A DNA stretch of 63,963 nucleotides, counting the filler, from Octopus bimaculoides (lineage: Eukaryota), in NCBI RefSeq assembly GCF_001194135.2. It is 7 parts of 6 records of this genome, joined end to end, with 100 filler letters (N's around TTAATTAATTAA, not from the genome) between each part and the next. Parts side by side here need not be neighbours in the genome. Positions count along the whole stretch, not along the records: positions 55,108 to 59,956 come from NW_026409336.1; positions 60,057 to 63,963 come from NW_026437589.1; 5 more parts are not named here. One strand, 5' to 3'. The translations under genes were made by a program, and so were the position numbers. Shown here one piece after another: positions 55,467 to 63,963 of this stretch. The notes under the pieces are model-generated. The model did no database searches and had not been told where the DNA came from. It saw only the letters and a program-made list of their open reading frames with translations. Numbering within the stretch: position 1 is the stretch's first letter; every line of letters begins with the position of its first letter.

Positions 55467-55839
55467 AGCGTATTTTTTAGTGCGTGTAAGCGGGCGCTGT
55501 GCGTGTGTGTATGTGTAAATCTCTAGGGTATGTTTTTGTGAGTGTGTCTCTAGTAATTATCTCCATATTCACTTAATGATTTGGAAAGCTGTAGAAGAAA
55601 TTCATATTCTTTTAATTGTATGGTTGGCCCCTTATGATAGTCTGTAAGTTCCATGCCTGGAACTTTCGGATTTTGATTCAGTTTTCTAAATTTTCAGAAG
55701 CAAATAAAGAAAACTGTACCCTCTGCCTTGCTTACCGAGTTCTTCTTCCCTTGATTTCTTTTTTTTTCTTTTTTTTGTCTTTTACTAAACCTTTCTACAA
55801 TATATCATCTACCAACCTGAATATGTGTGTTTATGGCAA

Positions 55840-55883
<44 letters not shown>

Positions 55884-56672
55884 CAACTATATATATATAT
55901 ATATANNNNNNNNNNNNNNNNNNNNNNNNNNNNNNNNNNNNNNNNNNNNNNNNNNNNNNNNNNNNNNNNNNNNNNNNNNNNNNNNNNNNNNNNNNNNNNN
56001 NNNNNNNNNNNNNNNNNNNNNNNNNNNNNNNNNNNNNNNNNNNNNNNNNNNNNNNNNNNNNNNNNNNNNNNNNNNNNNNNNNNNNNNNNNNNNNNNNNNN
56101 NNNNNNNNNNNNNNNNNNNNNNNNNNNNNNNNNNNNNNNNNNNNNNNNNNNNNNNNNNNNNNNNNNNNNNNNNNNNNNNNNNNNNNNNNNNNNNNNNNNN
56201 NNNNNNNNNNNNNNNNNNNNNNNNNNNNNNNNNNNNNNNNNNNNNNNNNNNNNNNNNNNNNNNNNNNNNNNNNNNNNNNNNNNNNNNNNNNNNNNNNNNN
56301 NNNNNNNNNNNNNNNNNNNNNNNNNNNNNNNNNNNNNNNNNNNNNNNNNNNNNNNNNNNNNNNNNNNNNNNNNNNNNNNNNNNNNNNNNNNNNNNNNNNN
56401 NNNNNNNNNNNNNNNNNNNNNNNNNNNNNTATATACATAAACAATATATGAGTATATGCATATATATGTACATGTATGTATATACGTGCATCTACATGTA
56501 CATATAGATACATAACTGGGTACATGACGTGGCAAAAGAACAAGGACAAAATGGTAAACAAGGTGCAACAAACAATCAGGCCACATAGAAACATCCCCTT
56601 CATCAGCTGCCACCATTAAAACTCCGGCGTTTATGAAACACATATACAATTATATACATACATGTATATGTA

Positions 56673-56707
<35 letters not shown>

Positions 56708-56950
56708 GTGTGTGTCATCACAACTTGATTATCGGTGTCGGTTTATTTACGTTTCCGTGACATAACGGGTTCGACTGAAACAGGTTCATTGAAGAAGTAC
56801 GAGGCTGAGGAAAACGAAATAAAATACTAGGGTCGATTTTTTTTTTCTTTTTTTCTTCGATAAAACATTCCAAGGCTGTACCTAGCTTGGTCGCAATCTA
56901 ATGTCAGAAACATGCAAAAGCATGTACAAACACACACACATTCACATTCA

Positions 56951-56994
<44 letters not shown>

Positions 56995-57529
56995 GACTAG
57001 CGCACAGGCACAAACATATTTTCTTACATACATGCATATATATTACATACACGCATAGATACGTTTGTGCAGCGATACATATAATTCAAATTTACTGTTA
57101 CAAGTCATTCAGCGAGTTGAGCAATGTCGTTTTCCGTAGCTAACCATGTCACACATAGCTTTGAGTGAAGCCTGGACAAAACCCCACTAGAACAGTTCTA
57201 GCGGCGGTGGGGGTCACCCTACACTCGATTTGAATACGATCTGACTCGTGCATGGGCTCAACTGTAACTGTCTATCTGCTCAGGCCGTGAAATTTCATTG
57301 TTCGCAAAAGCAATTTTTAGTCTTTGTTTATGAATGTACATGAGTATTTCCGAATAATGAGTATCTGAAATCAGAGATGCGATATTTATTTTAAAAAGGT
57401 ATTAAAGTCTATCTGTACAGACCAAACAAAATGGATTCAAAGTTACACGATCAGGCGAAACGTCTGAATGTGTTACCTCGGCCTGGATATCTTATAATGA
57501 CTGAAGAAGAGAAATATTCTTTTTTAATT

Positions 57530-57835
57530 TTTACTCTAGGCACAAGGTCTGAATTTTTGGGGGAAGGGCCAAACGATTAGACCGACCGCGGTATGCAACT
57601 GGTACTTAATTTATCGACCCCGAAAGGACGAAAGGCAAAGTCGACCTCGGCGGAATTTGAACTCAGAACATAAAGACAGACGAAATACCGCTAAGCATTT
57701 TGCCCGGCGTGCTAACGTTTCTTATTTCTTTATTGCCCACAAGGGGCTAAACATAGAGGTGGGAAAACAAGGACAGACAAAGGGATTAAGTCGAGTACAT
57801 CGCCCGGCGTGCTAACGTTTCTGCCAGCTCACTGC
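57530..57835 (-). mobile_element. SINE C with a nested 79-bp tail insertion
   Basis: 21-bp direct repeat gcccggcgtgctaacgtttct at 57702 and 57802. Confidence 0.85.
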
Positions 57836-58404
57836 TTTAGAACCACGGAAATATTCTTTTCTNNNNNNNNNNNNNNNNNNNNNNNNNNNNNNNNNNNNNN
57901 NNNNNNNNNNNNNNNNNNNNNNNNNNNNNNNNNNNNNNNNNNNNNNNNNNNNNNNNNNNNNNNNNNNNNNNNNNNNNNNNNNNNNNNNNNNNNNNNNNNN
58001 NNNNNNNNNNNNNNNNNNNNNNNNNNNNNNNNNNNNNNNNNNNNNNNNNNNNNNNNNNNNNNNNNNNNNNNNNNNNNNNNNNNNNNNNNNNNNNNNNNNN
58101 NNNNNNNNNNNNNNNNNNNNNNNNNNNNNNNNNNNNNNNNNNNNNNNNNNNNNNNNNNNNNNNNNNNNNNNNNNNNNNNNNNNNNNNNNNNNGTAACAAA
58201 TAAGAATATACGCAAACACTAACACAGATATACCAGTACACAAACACACAACTATATATATTTCTACACATATATTTCTACATAATATAATATAGGATAA
58301 TTTCTTTATAAGAATTTATCAAGTAGTCAGCGTGAAAAAACCTCAAAATGAAAAAATAACGAAAAATGTTCGTAATGAAAAAAATTCATCATTTCATCAT
58401 CAAT

Positions 58405-58516
58405 ATATATACTTATATATAAAGGGCATTAACTGTGTATTAATGCCTCACGCTTCGAGGGACTAAAGCGTGAGGCATTAATACACAGTTAATGCCCTTT
58501 ATATATAAGTATATAT
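58405..58516. repeat. Perfect 51-bp inverted repeat with a 10-nt loop
   Basis: 58405-58455 is the exact reverse complement of 58466-58516. Confidence 0.95.
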
Positions 58517-59011
58517 TTCTACATGTATTTATAGACATTCAGTATATACGCAAGTTTATGTCGCTTCACGCATGCACAGATAGACTGACACGCAAACATA
58601 TGTATATGCGTTTGTATAATACAAAACTTTACACATACATACGTAGTTATGTATGCATATGTGTGTGTGTGTATGTGTGTGTGTGAGTGTGTGTGTGTGT
58701 TTATACACATAATATGCACGTAGATATATGTGTTTATATAAACGCCTGAGAGTTATATACTGTGTTCCTTATAATATGCGTGGATGAATGTATATATGTG
58801 TATATGTATGTATGTGTGTACGTATGTATGTTTGTATGTGTGTATGTATCTATATATCTATTTAACAATATATAAATATATTATATATATGTATGTATGT
58901 AAGCTTGTATATATATTCGTGTATATATCTATACATATATATATATACACATATATACATATATCTGTCTTCTATGTATTTNNNNNNNNNNTATATATAT
59001 ATGATAGATAA

Positions 59012-59078
<67 letters not shown>

Positions 59079-59264
59079 CGAGGAAAAGAGGTTGGAGTTC
59101 CCTTGCCTTCAACTTTACGCATTATTGGACGCTTTTGAGAAGGCATAATCGATTATCTTCCCAGTCAGGTATGGAGTTCAATGTAATCGACTAACACCCA
59201 CCTCGTGCCAAGGATTCGAAACTACATGTTTGATATTAGCCCTTGTGGCCAATAAAACGAATTA

Positions 59265-59332
<68 letters not shown>

Positions 59333-59352
59333 CATCAACATCATTATTATTA

Positions 59353-59640
59353 TTATTTATGGGCTGTACCCATCAAGGTTATCTTTTGTAGTTCAGGGAG
59401 ATTGGAGTTACCAGGGAGTTGCTTAATATAATTATTAACTCCATTCTTTATCATTCCCAACCCACCTATTATTATTGGTATTATCGTAGTATTAAGCTTC
59501 CGCATTTTTTGTGATTTCAATTTGCACATCTTTATAGTGATATAGTTTTCCGTATTCCTTTCTTGAGACATTTTGATCTTTATTGTAGTCCTCGATCACA
59601 ATGTCTGGTCGAATTTTTCTGTCTCGCACATTCGGGCTCG
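59353..59640 (-). mobile_element. R4/Dong-like 3' fragment ending in (TAA)n
   Basis: RPDIVI, then TTIIPIIIGGLGMIK...LQKITLMGTAHK*; the stop codon is continuous with the (TAA)n tract at 59264-59352. Confidence 0.8.
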
Positions 59641-59730
59641 ACAAATTAAGTTCCTTAGTGGAGTCGATGTAATTCAGCTAGTCCCTGCCCCATTTCAGGC
59701 CTTGTGCCTATAGTAGAAAGGATTATTATT

Positions 59731-59774
<44 letters not shown>

Positions 59775-60539
59775 TATTTAACTCTGATTTCAAATTCCGC
59801 CAAGGCTTGTTTCGGGGTCGATGAATTAACCCCCTGTAAAACACTGGTATTGACGTGATGGACTAGTCCCCTCCAAACAAATTTCAGGGCTTATGCGTAT
59901 TTATTTTTCATAGATATAATCCAATTTGCGTACTTATTCTATCAATTTCTATCGTTNNNNNNNNNNNNNNNNNNNNNNNNNNNNNNNNNNNNNNNNNNNN
60001 TTAATTAATTAANNNNNNNNNNNNNNNNNNNNNNNNNNNNNNNNNNNNNNNNNNNNTATATATATATATATATATATATGTACACGAGTGAGTGGAGAAA
60101 CGAAGGAGGGGCACTCCGCCAAATTATTGGGACTTACATGTATAGATCAAAGCAGTTTGATTCATATTCGTTGGTACTCTCGAGTTTGATACCTATATAT
60201 ATATATACCACGGGCTTCTTTTAGTTTCCACTTACAAAATACACTCACAAGGCTTTGGTCGGCCCGAGGTTATAATAGAAGACACTTGCCCAAAGTGCCA
60301 CGCAATGAGACTGAACTTATGTATATACACAGACACACACACGTACACGCACACACTTTCGCACGTGCGTGCACACACACGAAGTAGCTGGGGCATGTCG
60401 CAGCTCTTGAGGGATATCTTATATCATTATTACACTCCAATATGTAGTCTCAGTTGTCGCTGTATATTAGTTCAAAATATATATTAATATTGAGAATTAA
60501 GGAAATGTGATTTGCAGAGATAGTGTATAATAAAAGAGA

Positions 60540-61154
60540 AAATTGATAATTTTCCCATTAGAAATTCCTTACATGTCAATCTCACAGACCGTGGGTAGGG
60601 AAAGGAGAAACACCGGCATCCCAGGCTAAAGAAGTTCTTTATCTACGTAAGGTGTTGTTATCTGTTTGGTGGGATATGAAAGGTTTAGTCCACTCTGAAC
60701 TTTTAATCCTGAACGAAACGATAACAAAGGCGATCTACTGCGAGCAGCTTAAGTAGCTTAATTCAGTGCTAGAAGAAAAATGACCTTATTTGGCCACATA
60801 CAGCAAGGATGACATTCCAAAGGCTGGAGAAGTTTGAATGGAAAACGATGCTCCACCCACCATATTCGCCGGACATTGTCCCATCTGATTATCATTTATT
60901 CTGCAGTCTTCAAAATCATTTGAACTGAAAAAAAAATGAATTCTGTAGACGTGATCAGAACAGTACTGGAGAAGTATTTCTCGTCACGGACAAGTGAATT
61001 TTGGAAGAGGGGCCTTGCAAGTCTACCAAATAGATGGAAGAGAGTTGTAGAACTTGAAGGAGTGTATATTTTAGATTAAAAAAGAACTTTGTTTATTTTA
61101 ATTTTGAAAAATAAAAGAAGTACAAAAAACCGCATTTTTTATGGGATGACCCCA
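60540..61154 (+). mobile_element. Internally deleted mariner 3' half with TIR
   Basis: KVLLSVWWDMKG...YCEQL and LHPPYSPDIVPSDYHLF...LPNRWKRVVELEG; ends ttttatgggatgacccca|ta. Confidence 0.9.
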
Positions 61155-61254
61155 TATATATATGAAAGTTCCTATTCTATTATGATGCTTACAGCTTGAT
61201 GATGCCAACTGGCGATACTAGTTTTTGGTGTCGTACTGAGCCGTACCGATAAAT

Positions 61255-62700
61255 ATAGCAATAACAATGATAATCCTCGGATGGAATTTATAAATATTTT
61301 ATTGCGTCGCTACACGCGTTTCCACAAATCACATGTTTCTTAAGATCCTAGTCTGTATTCTTAGGATGTTTACAATGTAGTCCGTTGTATCCATGGACAT
61401 CGAATAGGTCATGTTCATGCATACATTTCTTTTGGTGACATAGCATCAATGAATGTTTGACTGACGATTGTTTACCAATTTTGAGCAATCAGAACCATGA
61501 TTGGAGTATGTGGGCATTTCTGTGTGTATTTGGTGGGGAGGGGTAGAAGGTGATGGAAAGAGAGGAAGAAATCGTAGTTATGAGGAGGTGGAGGTGTGCG
61601 TGTGGTTATGTTAGACCTATTTTGGTATTTGAGTATGCAGATGTCAGTATGGGTAGTATGGCTCTTTTGTTTGATCTTATTCACAGCAGGCGCCTCCTCG
61701 ATGAATTCAGAAGTAGTCGGTTCAGCAGGTACAACCACTACAACCATCCAGTTGTTGAAGTTCATTGTCTGAGTTGATCTTTTAATTACTTTTCATGGTA
61801 TAATGATATAGCATATAACATATGAAATGATCTTTTAATTACTTTTCGTGGTATAATGGTATAGCGTATAGCATATGAAAATAGGGGTTATTTTGTTTAG
61901 CTGTTCATGTTTGTCCCTTGTTCTATTACATGCTAAAGGCGGTTAGTGTTTTTCTGTTTCAAAATGTTTTTTTTTCGAATTCTAGGAATAATGCCTTGCC
62001 TTTATGCTTACAAAAGATAATAACTTCAGCGTATATTAGTTATGTTTTCTCTGGATGTGATGATCTCCAGCGTTCCTCTAAGCATAAGATGCGCACCCAC
62101 GATGTTCTGTTGTATGGTGCAGCATCTTTTATTATAGACTACTTCATTTTGTTTGAGCCTAGGGATGAGGTTAGATAGTGATGTGGAGTACCTTTTGTTT
62201 ACACTGGAAAATGACGAAAGATGGTTGTGCAGAAAATTTTTCATGGTGTCTCCAGTATCACCAAGGTACACAAATTTCTGTGTATCCGCCTTGACCTCAC
62301 ATTTGTAAATCACATTCTTTATCATGCAGTTGTTACTAAACCTGCATTCCTCTTTTCGTCTGCAGTTACACGTTCTGTTGTTTTTTTTTCGGTTCTCTAA
62401 GCGGAGTTATTACACACACCTTCATCTCCTTATAACTACCATTCCTGCCTCTTTTCCCACTCCTCCCCACCAAATACACACAGAAATGTCCACATGCCCC
62501 AATCAACATCGGTTAATATCATTTCGCGCGAAGAAAAGAATGCAGATCTACCCGATGGTCATCATGGATACTACGGACTGCACTGGAATCTCAGCAATAC
62601 GCATAATGATTTTAAGAAACATGATTTGTGGAAAAGCGTGCGGCGATGCATTAAAAGATGTATAAATTCCGTCCGAGGACTATCATTATTATTACTATAT
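61255..62700 (-). mobile_element. 5'-truncated Penelope-like (Naiad-type) element with inverted terminal segments
   Basis: CNCRRKEECRFSNNCMIKNVIYKCEV...VYLGDTG...NHLSSF...STSLSN at about 62026-62380; 61255-61600 and 62420-62700 are diverged inverted copies. Confidence 0.8.
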
Positions 62701-63364
62701 ATANNNNNNNNNNNNNNNNNNNNNNNNNNNNNNNNNNNNNNNNNNNNNNNNNNNNNNNNNNNNNNNNNNNNNNNNNNNNNNNNNNNNNNNNNNNNNNNNN
62801 NNNNNNNNNNNNNNNNNNNNNNNNNNNNNNNNNNNNNNNNNNNNNNNNNNNNNNNNNNNNNNNNNNNNNNNNNNNNNNNNNNNNNNNNNNNNNNNNNNNN
62901 NNNNNNNNNNNNNNNNNNNNNNNNNNNNNNNNNNNNNNNNNNNNNNNNNNNNNNNNNNNNNNNNNNNNNNNNNNNNNNNNNNNNNNNNNNNNNNNNNNNN
63001 NNNNNNNNNNNNNNNNNNNNNNNNNNNNNNNNNNNNNNNNNNNNNNNNNNNNNNNNNNNNNNNNNNNNNNNNNNNNNNNNNNNNNNNNNNNNNNNNNNNN
63101 NNNNNNNNNNNNNNNNNNNNNNNNNNNNNNNNNNNNNNNNNNNNNNNNNNNNNNNNNNNNNNNNNNNNNNNNNNNNNNNNNNNNNNNNNNNNNNNNNNNN
63201 NNNNNNNNNNNNNNNNNNNNNNNNNNNNNNNNNNNNNNNNNNNNNNNNNNNNNNNNNNNNNNNNNNNNNNNNNNNNNNNNNNNNNNNNNNNNNNNNNNNN
63301 NNNNNNNNNNNNNNNNNNNNNNNNNNNNNNNNNNNNNNNNNNNNNNNNNNNNNNNNNNNNNNNN

Positions 63365-63403
<39 letters not shown>

Positions 63404-63963
63404 GTATATCTGTTCGTAATAGTCATGTTAGTAAATGTGGAAGAAGCTGCCCAGGTGTCGAAACCATAGTGATATCTGTGGGGCAGCTGATGATGGAGGT
63501 ATGTTGGATTGCTGTTTTTTGTATATGTGGAATAGTATCAATGGATTGTTTGTATTGCTGTAGAATAGTATTATAACACATCCTTTTGATATATATATAT
63601 ATATATATATGTATACACACATACACGCACGCACACACATACACACACACATATATATGTCTCTGTAACTTAGCAGTTCGGCCAAAGTGACGATAGAATA
63701 ATTCTTAAAACGCTTCCAGGCTGCATTATCCATATGATTGGGACGAGATTTCGCTGCTCTTTATAGCAGGTCAGGTAACCACAATGTAACATTTTAACAG
63801 CGGTTCTTTGTCGCCGTCGTAATAGTAGTAGAAGCAAGAATGGTAAAATTGTAGTAGTAATAGTAGTCGTGGTATTTGTGGTAATACGTGTAGCAGAAAT
63901 AGTAGTAGCAGTGGTAGTAGTAGAAGTAGTAGTAATAGTAGTAGTAGTAGTAGTAGTAGTAGT

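Noticed and set aside
19147-60012. Six identical TTAATTAATTAA motifs
   Set aside because: Assembly spacers centred in 100-nt gaps, not biological.
63440-63500. gaaac...gggcagctgatga, and similar ctgatga/gaaac motifs near 2545, 38530 and 56600, as hammerheads
   Set aside because: Core elements are in the wrong order or too degenerate, and no NUH cleavage triplet is correctly placed.

Overview
Gene-poor, AT-rich animal DNA with extreme microsatellite density and many assembly gaps. The repeat families and (TA)/(CA)/(TATG)/(TCTA) load point to an octopus (coleoid cephalopod) short-read assembly; this is inference, not proven. Almost every long ORF in the track is a microsatellite or N artefact. 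The recognisable content is: (i) several tRNA-derived SINE families or modules, which I label A-E; (ii) decayed Tc1/mariner, Penelope-like, RTE and R4/Dong fragments; (iii) two pairs of frame-compatible minus-strand exons from unidentified protein-coding gene(s), at 2012-4561 and 17287-17603. The most unusual structures are a perfect 51-bp hairpin that a sister repeat copy lacks (58405-58516), a 76-bp fold-back SINE, a 20x26-bp minisatellite inside a SINE, a head-to-tail array of retroelement tails, a triplicated mariner end, and a Penelope remnant with inverted termini. I found no rRNA, true tRNA, CRISPR array or recognisable known miRNA. Boundaries of decayed repeats are approximate, and family names come from recalled motifs rather than searches.
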